Source of the DNA: Geosiphon pyriformis uo1
Taxonomy: Eukaryota > Fungi > Glomeromycota
DNA length: 64,000 bases
Assembly: GCA_016748015.1 (NCBI GenBank)
Contig: JAAOMT010000198.1
Span: 418,797 to 482,796, forward strand
Direction of reading: 5' to 3'
Below, piece after piece: positions 10,662-23,100 of the stretch. The position numbers and the translations under genes are program-made. Numbering within the stretch: position 1 is the stretch's first letter; every line of letters begins with the position of its first letter. The notes beneath the pieces are model-generated. The model was not told where the DNA came from and searched no databases. It saw nothing but the letters and a program-made list of their open reading frames with translations.

Positions 10662-13600
10662 CTAGTCATTACAATGCTACCAGTAAGCTTTTGGTAATTG
10701 GGAACACTCTGATTCACTGAGTACCCACTGATGCTAAAGAATGCTATTTTTGTTATCAGATAGGACACTTGGTTTCAAATTATCCTACTTTATTTAAGAA
10801 AAAAGAGTGAAATACCAAAAAAGTTACCAATAATATATGATTGGCCAAATTGTATGTTAGAAAGAATATACTGGAAGAATCCATCAAGGCATTTGGGGGA
10901 AGATCATATGCTGAAATAGCAGCACTAAACCCATCTAATAATAGGAACAATGCAAAACCAAGTGGGTACCAAAAAGCAGGCTTACAAGCAAACAACAAAG
11001 AAAAGCAACAAAAAAGAGGAACAGAACAGTCATAAAAGTCCGAAATTGATGAACTGAGACAACAAATGAATAAGATGGCTAAACTGCTAAATGCTGTGGC
11101 TTCTAAATTTGGAGTAATAGTGAAAAAAAAAATAGAAGACAAAATGATGATTAACCCACCAAGTCACATATCAGAAAAAAAGAAAGGAGGAGGTAATGGA
11201 AAAGCAAAACAGGATATGTTTTCCAGACATAACTTAGAGAAGAAAAAAGAAGCATACAACCCAGAAAGAGAAATCAATAAAATCAAAAAGGCCCTGGAAC
11301 TTATTATAATACTGTTAAAACAGGTGGAGAAACAGAGTAACTAGAATGATACTACAGCTGGGGAATCTAAATCTATGAAAACAGATGATGTATAGTACAT
11401 TCAACTTCAAATTAGAACAGAACATTGCTAATAATAATACTTGGAAAATAGAAACTATTAATGTTAAAGGACTTAACAATTCTGGCAAAGCTGAAGAGAT
11501 ACTACAATAGATTAAGGATGAACAGTTTGATTTTATGGTCATTACAGAAACTAAACTGACCCCAATCAAAGAAAAAGGGGTGTTTTTTGGTACTGAGGAA
11601 TATCACGTCTTTTGGGAGTCAAACATTAAGAAACAAATGGGAACTGAAGTAAGCATACTGGTTAGGAAATGTTGAACTCACCATGTGGAGGTAATCAGGA
11701 GTTATTAGGGGAAATTATTGCATCTGGTATTGAGATTTAGAGGTAAAATAAATGTACACATAGTTGGATTGTATATGTCTGCATCAAAATCACCTACTGA
11801 AAAGGCAGTTGCAAAAGAGATCAGAAAGTTTTTAGCAGACATTGTGCAAAACAAAAAAATTGTCATAGTGGCAGGCGATTTGAATGAAGATCTGGCAGCT
11901 AAATCATTTGAAGAAACAATTGCCACAAACAAAGAAAAAAAATGTCCTACTGCAACATTACTGCAACAGATGAATCTAGTGGATATACATGGAATATATG
12001 CAGTAAACAATCCGGATAATACATGGTCAGCAAATGGAGTACAAAGAAGATTGGATTATGTGTTTACTGATGTTATTACAGCCTTACTGGTTACAAATAT
12101 AGGGGTGATTAATGTTAATAAATCATTTAGCACTGATTACAAAGCAGTAGTAACAATCATCCGATCTAATAGAATATTGGCAGACACTAAAAAATCTAAA
12201 TCTGGAAAAAAGAAGTGTAGCACAACTATAATTGATGTTAAAAAGGCATCTGGAATCCAATAAGAGATCTATGCTAGAGAAACTAATTGACTAACAGATG
12301 AAGCACAAAGAAAATTGATAGATAACAGCAATAACAATCTAAACCAGATGTGGTTTACAATCAAGGAGATTGTGTTACAAGCTGCTAAGTGCCTACCAAA
12401 AAGGAAAGTAGGAGCCCAATCTGCACACACAAAGAAAGAATGCATGGATCACAAGCTTGTTAAGATTGTCGCTGATATAATTAACAAATAAGAATAAACA
12501 ATGCAGATATGCATGATAACAATGTTATGCAGCTATTGGCCAAATGAAAACAATTAAAATCTGAAACAGTTACCATATATCTAATAACTCTTCCAAAAGA
12601 TAAGCTTATTGTTGAATTACTAAGCATTAAAAAAAAATACAGATCTACACTGTGTGCTAGAATCAGGCTACAACAACAAAAACAGATAGTAAAACAATAT
12701 CATCAAAAGACAACAGAACTTTGAGCTAAACAAAAAAGCAATGATTAAAAGCATTCTGAACAGGAAAAGACAAAGAATAGTATTGGACCATGTTATAAAA
12801 GAAGGTGAATTTTATGATGATCCTGATAAAATCAAAAAGCTAATAAACAAAAAAGCTCAAGAGTGAACTAGAACAAAAATTCTTAAACCTGAACTATAGA
12901 AAAATTGGAAACATAGGTTTAGGCCAATTAAGAGCATCTCATATTATGTCTTTGATAGTGTGATGGCTGAAATAACAATTAAAGAATTTGACCATACATT
13001 AAACCACACACCCCATAACAAAGCTCTTGGCCTATTAGGCATACAAGCTGAACTTTGAAGGAAGTTTGGGCCTAACACCAAGTCTAAATTGAGAACATTG
13101 CTTAATACTTGTATAAAGACAACAAACATGCCTAAAGAGTGGAGAATAGCACAAATCATACTGATTCCAAAGCCAAAAGAATGGGATGGCAATATTGACA
13201 TTACCAGACTGATCACACTTATTGAAAACACTAGAAAAATTTTAACAAAGATTTTAACTGCAAGAATATCAAAAGCATGTGAGCTTTACAATGTTCTAAA
13301 AGGTTATAACACCTCAGTTCTAAAGAATACATCTACAGCAGTCCCAATTCATGTGATTAATGTTGTTGCTAAGCATGCAAGAAAATTTGATAATAAGGCT
13401 TGGTTCACATTTCAGGACATGAAAAAAGCATATGACTCAGTAAGATAGAAACCCATAAAAGCTGCACTAAAAAGAATCAAGATAAACAATAGGTTTACTG
13501 AACTATTTGGCTTAATGCACAACAATAGAAACAATAAAATTATAACTGAATTTGGGTTAAGTAACAAATATTAAGTACAAAATGAACTAGATCAAAGGGA

Positions 13601-16470
13601 AACAAGTTCATCTATCATGTAGAGAATTTTCTATGACCCCTTACTGTGTGAAATAAAACAAGCAAATTACAACCAGAGATACCAATTAACAGCTGAATGG
13701 AAAAAGTGAGACAATCAAGCAGACACACAATCCCTAATAGCATCAGTAAACCACTTTGTCTTTGTTGATGACACAGTGTAGATAGCTAACTCAAGACAAG
13801 GAATGCAAAGTATTCTGAACACAGCCAGCTCCTTTTTTAGAATCATAGATATTGAAATTAACTTAGATAAAACTAAAACAATGGTAATCAGACTTTCCAA
13901 GAAGAAATCAGTGTTAGTTGAGCCACTAAAATTTGGTCCAAACAAACAAACCTTAAGATTGCTGGACCCATCTATATGCACTCAATATTTGGGAGTATAG
14001 ATTTGAGCAAATAGAAAAAATGAAACTGTGTTGAATATAATAAGATCTGACATTAAAGCAATATATGGGGTTATTAAGAAAAAACACATCACTGAGAAAC
14101 AGACAATTTACATTTTCAACAGTGTATTAAGTCAGCAATAGAATTTAGATCTTAATTAACTCATATACCAAATAGTTGGGCCAAAAAATAGAACTCAAAG
14201 ATCTCAGCCACTGTAAAGAAGAAAGCAAACCTCTCAGTAGATTTTCCAGCCAGTGTCATACATCACACATCTTTGTACAACTTATTCAAAATTGATGACA
14301 TATAGGCAAAAGACAAGATCACAGATTTGTTGATTAGATTAAACAGTAATGATATTGCTGGAATGACTACAAAAATCAGACTAGCCAACTTGCAGACACA
14401 GAGATGGTCAGCTCATAGTATACTTGAATATCTCATTAATGAACAATCTAAGCCAGGAGTTAATTTAATAGTGAACATTATACAGATAATAGATGAAAGA
14501 GACATTTCATTTAAAAGCTTTAATATCACATATGGGATGCCTAATTCCTCAAGACCACATGCACATCTAATTGAGATAATTATAGCTCCAGGTGTAGTCT
14601 ACTCTAAAGTTAGAAGTTTACTGAGAAAAGAAAACATTTTGTATTTACATCAGGTTTAAAACAAAGACAGATTATTAATAACATGAATGGACTTCATAAG
14701 GAAGTACAGACAAAGTGACAGTGGTAAAATTCCCAAATGGTTTAAGATTTTAGAGTCCACAATCATTATGGATAAGCACAGGAACATTAATATAGCCCAA
14801 TGTGAAACAGTAAAGATGTACAAAATAGATTACCAGATATCAAATAATCTAGATACAATACAAAGGGACTCTATTTATATCCAAATTCCTAATGCTTTAT
14901 TACTACAATAGAGGAATGTGCAAGATAAGTTAAAGCTCAGAAAGGAAATAGAAATATCAACAGATGAATTACTGGTAAAAGCTGGTTCTGAGGATGCTAG
15001 GAGAGCAGCCACTTTTGTTATACATAGAATAGAGGCCAACTTTGGTATAACAGTTAATGGAACATTATTATCAACAAAAACTAAAGCAAAAACTGTATTA
15101 TTGGCTTTAGAAGCAGTGCCTTACAAATGCAAATTGATATTGAACACAGATAGTTAGGCAGTAGTGTCAACAGCTCAAAAATGGTTGTCCAAAGATTCTT
15201 CTTTGTCTATCAGAAATCAGCTCAAAACTTCTAACTGGCACATATAGAATGCAATTAAAGCAGTAATAAGGGAAAAAAAAATTGATCTTTTTATAAACAA
15301 AGTGACTGCACACACTAGTATATCTAAAAATAAGATGACTGACAAACTAGCCAAAAAAGCTACTACTTTTGACACAGTAGAGTGGGCTTACAATGCTGAA
15401 AACATTAATTACATCCCCTCTTGCAGAGGAGTTGAATTGGATCTGAATATCAGACATTTTCTGAGCCAACAGACTGATATTCAAGGAGCCTTGAATTAGA
15501 TTGGCAATGACAAAATACAAGAAACAGTAGGGTTTTTAGACCAGAGAATAGACTGAAAGAGCACAACCAAAGTGTGGAACTGAGATGGTAAAATGTCATC
15601 AGGCTTCACCTTAGCTGGTTCTTTAACAATACGTACATTTATTATGAAATCATTCCACAATATGTTGCCAACAGCAGAGATGCTATACAACAGACATTTT
15701 TTAGTGTATATGAACAATCTGTGCAAAATATGCCACACAGAAGTTGAAACCAATCAACACTTTTGAATATGCTCTTTAAATACTCAAAAGGGCAAGACAC
15801 TAATAAATGATATAAGAAATGAGTAGATGTGGTACTTATCAAAGACTATAAAAGGGAAACATAAAATCTTGAACCCTAGTGAGAGGGTTGTTCTGTTTAA
15901 TGAATATATCAGGACAACGTCCAACATAGATTTGCTATGCAAAGGACTGATCAATGAGCAATTTGGAAAAATCAATGCTTTTGCTGACATTGATTAGAGG
16001 GCTAATGATAATATCTTAATTAAGATGTATAAATGGGCTGTAATTTAAGTAAGGAATAGACCATGAAGGGAACATTGTAGGTTACAAACTAAATGGGAAA
16101 AAATAATGGGTGTTGGTAACAGGTTTAAGAAAAACCCATCATAGGTGACCAGTATATGCCAATTGTCTAAAAATAGTGGTAACAGTAATGGTAACTCCAA
16201 TATTAAAATGAGTGATGGATTTCAATGTTGTAATAAGATATTGACTAATGTTTTAAGTAGTAAAATTACTTTAAGTAATGGTGTAATACCCTTTAAGTTT
16301 TCTGGTTATACTAGTGTGTAGTTAAGCATAGCCACTTTGTGATTAGTCACATCTTGTAACTTAGATTATTGGGTGAGTTGGCTTTATGAAAAAGCTGTGC
16401 TTTTCGAGCATGACTAAACTAATAAAAGATCAACGTGGCTATATGTTAACAAAAAAAAAAAAAAAAAAAA
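10662..16470 (+). mobile_element. LINE K: non-LTR retrotransposon (ORF1 3' part, ORF2 APE-RT-RNase H-CCHC, 3' UTR, poly(A))
   Basis: ORF1 knuckle CYFCYQIGH; APE motifs WKIETINVKG, ITETKL, AGDLNED, RLDYVF; RT LIPKPKEW, DMKKAYDSV, FVDDT; RNase H LNTDS..NKMTDKLAK; CKIC..ETNQH; A20 tail 16451-16470. Confidence 0.92.
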
Positions 16471-17125
16471 TAGATGATATAAGAAATAAGTAGATGCAGT
16501 ACTTATTAATAGCTGTAGAAAGGAAACACAAAACCCTAGACTCTGATAAAAAAATTATTCTGTCTAATAAGTACATTATGTCAACATCCAACATAAATCT
16601 GCTATGCAAAAAATTGATTGATAAGCAATTTGGAAGAATCAATGCTTTTGCTGACATCAATCAAAAAACTAATAATAGTATATTAATTAAGGTGTATAAA
16701 TAAGCAGTAACTTAAGTAAGGAATAGATTGTGAGAGGAACATTGCAAATTACAAACTGAGTGAGAAAAATCAATAAGTATTAATAACAGAGTTAAAAAAG
16801 CCTATTAAGTATGTTTAATATATATTAAATATCAAAAAGTAGTAGTAATAATATTAGCAAATTCAAAGTTAAGATAAGTAATAGATTTATGTGATGTAAT
16901 AAGATACTGGCTGATGTTTTTTGTGGTAGAATTACTTTATGTAATAGTGTGATACCTTATAGAGTTTCTGGTTATACTAATATGTAATTAGGCATAACTA
17001 CTTAGTAATTAGCCATATCTTGTAATTTAGATTATTGGGTAAGTTGGTTTTATAAAAATGTTATGCTTTTTAAGTGTAACTAAACTAATAAAAGACCAGT
17101 GTGACTATACATTAACAAAAAAAAA
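16471..17125 (+). mobile_element. K': 5'-truncated second copy of the LINE K 3' end
   Basis: Aligns to 15805-16470 and has its own A tail at 17117-17125; more mutated than K. Confidence 0.88.
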
Positions 17126-18977
17126 TATAATTTACAATATGCATACTAATTTATTAATTAGACACTTTGGAAAAACAAAAACAATACAGAAAACTTTAGT
17201 TTGTTATTATTGGCTTACCTTAAGAAAAAATATTGTTGAATACATTAAAACCTATAACATCTGCCAAAGAAAAGGCAAATTCAATCAAAAAAAAGATATT
17301 TATCCAATCTTTGTTGGTCAATCATTTAACAGAATTGGCATAAATGTTGTTAGACCTTTAATAATAATTTCTAATAACAATAAATATATTATTATAGCTA
17401 CTAACTATCTTACAAAGTAAATAGAAGTAAAAGCCACTCCAGACCAAATAGCAGTCTCAATAGCCAATTTTATTTATAAAGATATCATCTATCATTATGG
17501 TTGCTTTAAAAAACTTTTATCTGATAGAAAAAAAGCTTTTTTTAGTATACTAGTTAAAGAACTTTGTAGAAAAATGGGAATATATTATAAATTTTTTTCT
17601 TTTTATTACCTCTAAACAAATAGCCTAGTAGAATGTTTTAATAAAACATTATATAAAACCTTAGCCAAAACCAGTGAAGAAACAAACTTATGAGAAAAAG
17701 TACTGTTTTCAGCTTTGTTTGCCTATAGAATTGTGAATCATAATATAACAAGTTATGAATTTTTTTATTTGCTCTATAAATACATGACAACACTACCAAT
17801 AGAAACTAATATTGAAACAATACTTTTTGAAAAAATCACAATAGAAAATTATAAAGACATTTTGCAAAAAAGACTTGTTACCATTCTTAACTTATTTGTA
17901 AAAACAAGAATAATTGTCTTTGAAAAGATAAAACAGTTTCAAGAAGAAGAAAACCTATAAAACACTTTTTTTAAGTATTGGTAACTTAGTACTAAAATAC
18001 TGTTCAGATAGAAACAATGTTTATGGTAATAAATTCTCTAGCCAGTAAATAAAACTCTTTATAGTTAACAAAGTTTTGATTCTTATATTTTACAAGATCA
18101 ATATGAAACAATCTTAAATAATTTCTCTGTTCATAGTATACAACTCAAGAAATATTACAAATAATCTGATTGGTTGTTTGTTGTGATAATACTAACTTAA
18201 TTGATCAGCAAAAATCAAGTATAAATAAATGCACTATTTCCAAAACAGAGGTATTTTCAATTGATATAAACAAATATTTTCTGGATCAAAACATTCAAAA
18301 TGCTTTCTATACTCTTCATAAATATTGGATCAAAAACTATCTAAATGCTACTCTAACTATTAGAAAACAAACCACCATAACTGATAACAGTAGAACACAT
18401 ACTGTTATTAGACCAAAAAAAACAACTATCAGAAGAGAAAGAATTGGTAGCAAAATGAATAAATATCTATTGAAAAGTATAATGGCAGCAATACTTTTAC
18501 TTTCCAGTACAATTAGAAAAACAATCCAAGAAATTTTATTCATAGATAAAAACTTGTCATATAAAAAATAATTAGAATTCTATGATCACTTTCGTGAAAT
18601 CATAGAGGACATAAAGCTTATGAAGAAAACAACTTTAAAGATACAAACAGAAATTTTGGGCATTATATGGTTAGATGTCCCAAGAGTTCTAACTATTGCC
18701 TGAAGAACCAAAACTCTTATACAATGATTTAGTCTTTTGAATACAAAACTCATTTTGCCTTAAATATTATATATTTTATCTACCAAAAACTTTAATAAAC
18801 TTGTTAGTTTTGAGTTAGACAAAATCTTTTAATTAGATTATTTTATGAAAAACTTGATTTTATCAGAGTTCAATCTCTTTGAAAAGAATAATATTATGGT
18901 TGAAACTCATACTTTTTATTAGTTATCACATGTATTAGCCACTAATGTCATATAATTAGCCACCTTATTTTTAGATA

Positions 18978-19110
18978 GTGATCATTAATCTGATCAATAA
19001 CCTGACTATTGACCTAATTATTAATCTGATTATTGACCTAATTAATGACCTGATTGTTGATCTAATCATTGATCTGATTATTGACCTAATTATTAACCTA
19101 ATCATTGACT
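18978..19110 (+). repeat. 12-bp U3 tandem array (CCTGATCATTGA consensus) in the C LTR; shorter in A (~4468-4535) and D (~26538-26596)
   Basis: Direct inspection; copy number differs between copies. Confidence 0.8.
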
Positions 19111-19122
19111 ATTTTCAATAGC

Positions 19123-19129
19123 TATATAA
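19123..19129 (+). promoter_or_regulatory. LTR TATA box (TATATAA) of the A/C/D family
   Basis: Conserved in A, C and D immediately after the U3 array; similar TATA..TAGAAG spacing in the B, E, F and H LTRs. Confidence 0.6.
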
Positions 19130-19648
19130 GCAATAAGTCTCTTAGCTGTAAAAAAACATGATTAAAGTAATGAAATAAAACTCATTATTAATTACTTTTT
19201 CTCATATTACTTATTTTTTTTTCTCTACTTTTAAGTATCTGAACATCTTAGGATAAAAAATTACTTGTTGGCATTTACATATTTTATTTTATTTTTTTAA
19301 TTTGTATTGTTAGAATTAGCCTAAAAAGCAATTGCTTCTTCTTGTGATTTATTAAATAAAAAAACAATTAAAAAGCACAATAATATTTGTTATTGATTCT
19401 AAAAATTACTGAATTAAGACATAAAATAATAGCAGTAGTGTTATCTTGTTAACAATCATGGACTATTTTTTTACCTTCAGATTTTCAGAAAAATTTGTGA
19501 TTGTAATTCTTATGAGACTGATTATGCATATTGAATTCTTACTTATTCAATTTGCTCTCTTATTGTAATTCTTTCTTTGATTATTTTCATCACTCTATAA
19601 TTTTGTTCTCTCTTGCTATTTGTTAGCTTGTTATTCTAACTTATAACA

Positions 19649-20146
19649 ATATAATCAAAGTAATAAAATAAAATTTACTATTAATTATTTTCTTTCATAT
19701 TGCTTATTTCTTTTTCTCTAACTTCAAGTATTTAAATATTTTAGAATAAAAGATTACTTGTTAGCATTCACATACCTTATCTTTTTTTCTTCTTGATTTG
19801 TATTTGTTAGAATTAGCCTGAGAAGCAATTACTTGCTTTTGTAATTTATTAAATAAAGAAATAATTGAAAAGCACAATAATACCTGTTATTGATTCTAAA
19901 AATTGCCAAGTTAAGACATAGAATAATAGCAATAGTGTTATCTTGTTAACAATCACAAACTATTCCTCTATCTTTAAATTTCCAGAAAAGATTTGCAACT
20001 GTAATTTTTATGAAACTAATCACACATATTGAATTTATACATATTTAATTTGCTCTCTTATTGTAATTTTCTCTTTGATTATTTCCATTACCTTATAATC
20101 CTGTTCTCTCTTGCTATCTGTAAGCTTATTACTCCAACTCATAACA
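19649..20146 (+). repeat. Partial LTR (R-U5 only) directly following the C LTR and preceding the D PBS
   Basis: Duplicate of 19156-19648, ends ATAACA, PBS TGGTGCTTCTTGTAAGG at 20153-20169. Confidence 0.88.
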
Positions 20147-23100
20147 TAAAAGTGGTGCTTCTTGTAAGGTTGTCAAAATCCACTTTGTTTTCTATTGTAT
20201 TGGTGATTATTTATACTTGCCACAACAATCAGAAGAACATTTTGAAGCACACAACAAAAATGATCTAGACTTTATTGAACTTAACCTTTTGTTTTCCTGC
20301 TTGATTTGCTTCTCCATTGAAAAACAATCCAATAGACAATTCCAAGACTTTTGAAACTGGTTCCTAAATAAGCATTCAGCTAAAACCTAAACAGTTTATA
20401 TAACTTATTATTTTGACCAAGCTTATTTTGAAGACAACTTTGAAAAAAAAAAACAACAGTATCAATTAGCTTTTATACTTTACAATCTTTGAACAATAGT
20501 CTCTTAATCCTAAATACCTAAATCACCAAATTCACATTTGGATTGCTGCCCATTAGCTAGCTAAAACACTCTTTAAAACAGAAAAAAAAAGCTATCAAAC
20601 CACTCCTGTTTTTAATTTCTTCTTAAGTGAATTAGAACATTTTGCACAAATAGCTACTTCTAAACTAATGGCTAATAACTCCATACAACAAAACATTTTG
20701 GCCACTTTTTAAGGCATACAAACTGCTTTAGAGTGAAGAAATAACACTCCACTACCTTTATTTAGAGACAATGTACAAGACCCAATTGAATAGTTAGATG
20801 ATTTTAAAAAGCAACCACTGTTAATCAATATGATACTGAGTATAAGTTCCAAATCATTAGTGGCTACCTTCAAGACTCTTTTGCTATCTGGTTCTTACAA
20901 AAAACCAATGTTAGTGCTCACCAAAAAATCATTAGATAGACACCAACAAATGCTGGAAAGAAAACACTTTTTTCACAACCTGATTTGAAACTAAATTTAA
21001 AACTTCTATTTTGATTTCAAAATGGCATATGGAATTAGAAAGAAGAACCCAAAGTCCTGGTAAAGTTGTAACTGAATATGCCAAAGCAATTAGAAAGTTA
21101 ATTAAGTAAGTAGACTCTGAAAGAAACTGGACAGAAGAGCATAAAATTTACTCCTTTACAAAAGAATTAAAAACTGATCTCTTATATGTTTTTTGGTCTC
21201 TTTTGGTCTTAAAAGATAATTTCACAATAAACATGGCTATTGAACTTGCCCAGAAAATAGAAGACAATTAAAGAATATACTTAGAATCTACACTTCCAGT
21301 TTTTGCTTCTGTTTCTGTTATGGCTCTTGCCAAATGGCTGTTATCTCTTTTGCTGCTCAAACTCAAGACTCAAATGAACAATTAATAAATAAACTTACAG
21401 CTAATCTTGCCTAGTTACTGGAACCCTTAGTCCAAACAGTTAGAGATAATCAACAACCACAAAAACCTAGATTTGAATTCTATTTTAATTAGCCCCATCA
21501 ACTCTTTTATCAAAAACAACAAAATTATGGTTTACCTGTGTCTTATTGTTGTGAATTAACTGGACATTTTTTCAGAGATTGCAACAATTTTTTTCTGTCT
21601 CCTCCAGTTCTTAAAAATAATAACAATTAAAACAACAGAACTATTAACAACAATGTTTCTAATCAAAAACTTAATTATGCCAACATTAATTTCTTTGGAG
21701 AGAATCCTCTAGTTGAAGCCACTGTTTATTAGTCTTTAAACTGGTAGGTACACCTTCAAAAAGTAAGAGTACAAGTTAACCAGAAAAAAATCTCTTTTAC
21801 ACTTTTAACTTAACTGATAATGACCATGACATAGATGAACTAACAATTAACACCTCTAAATTAATAAAAAAAAAAAAGCCAAGGTTAATTTTGTTCTGGA
21901 CCCAAACAAAGCATCTATATCAACTGCTAATAACAATAAACCACTAAAGACTAAAGTTTTTAAAAATCTTCTAAAGTTAGAACTTCCAAAAATTGTACAA
22001 AAATCTGGCCTTTATTCCATTGTTAAAAATCTTATGAAAATTCCAGCACACATTATATATAGTCAACTAATGACCCATTCACAGTTCAGAAAAAATCTTT
22101 GTAAATCTCTGATTCTAAAAAAAAAACACCAAAGACCAACAAATGTTTTTGCCAAGCTGAATTTGCTAATAACAGCAATATTATCCTTCTTATTTGCAAA
22201 GCCCAAGTGGCTGGTTATTTCATTGACTTGATCCTAAACAGTGGATCATCTGTAAGTGTAATTGCCAAATACTTCCTAAAAGCCATTGGTAGAAAGGTTG
22301 ATAAATCTTCAACCAAACCAATAACCAATGTGCATAATAATAAAAAGAAAGAACTTGGTATAGCCAAAGCTGTTTTTGTCTGTATCAATGGCATCAGTAT
22401 TAAGACTAATATGAAAGTATCTAAAGCAAAAAAATACACTATTATTGTTGGCAATGAATAGCTCAAGAAGACAAAAGCCTTGCTTGATTATAAACTTTGT
22501 AAGCTAATCATTAAATGTGGTGAAAAATCTGTTGTGATTAAATGTTGCTATTGGACAACTCCTTTAGTATCCAAACAAAATCAAGAAAATAAGCAATCAG
22601 ATGAATCAGATGATGATAAAAATGATGAAAAAAAAAATCAAAAAAAACAAGAAGAAATTGTTAAACTCACTTATACTATCTTCACCAACAATAGCAAACC
22701 ACTAGATAATATCAAAGCTAACAGAGAAAAAATCATTGTAAATAACAAGTTAATCTGCTGGTTCTACTATGATATCCTCAAAAAAATTTTCAATAAAAAG
22801 TCTGGCAAGAAAGCAAAATACAGTTATTGGTAGTATGGCCCTTGTGCCTGGTACTAATGTAATAAACTTTTGTATTCTTCTAGTAATAAATACAAATTTT
22901 GCCTAATCTACTATAAAGATTGAAAATCCATTAACCTAATACTAAGAAAAAAACTAAGAGAAGTACAAAAGTTTTTTGAAAGTAAACCATCTGAGATTCA
23001 ATTATTTGCAGTAAAATAAAGAGAACTCTTTTTTGAAGAAAAAAAAGTAAACATTGAAAATCTGTTGGCTAGAAATAGCCTAGTTATTTCAAAAGAAGAT

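Larger units (their letters stand above)
17126..19648 (+). mobile_element. Element C: integrase remnant, ORF3 (from 18229) and LTR 18892-19648 of the A/C/D Gypsy family
   Basis: Colinear with D 24665-27135; integrase is broken at an A-tract by LINE K/K'. Confidence 0.88.
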
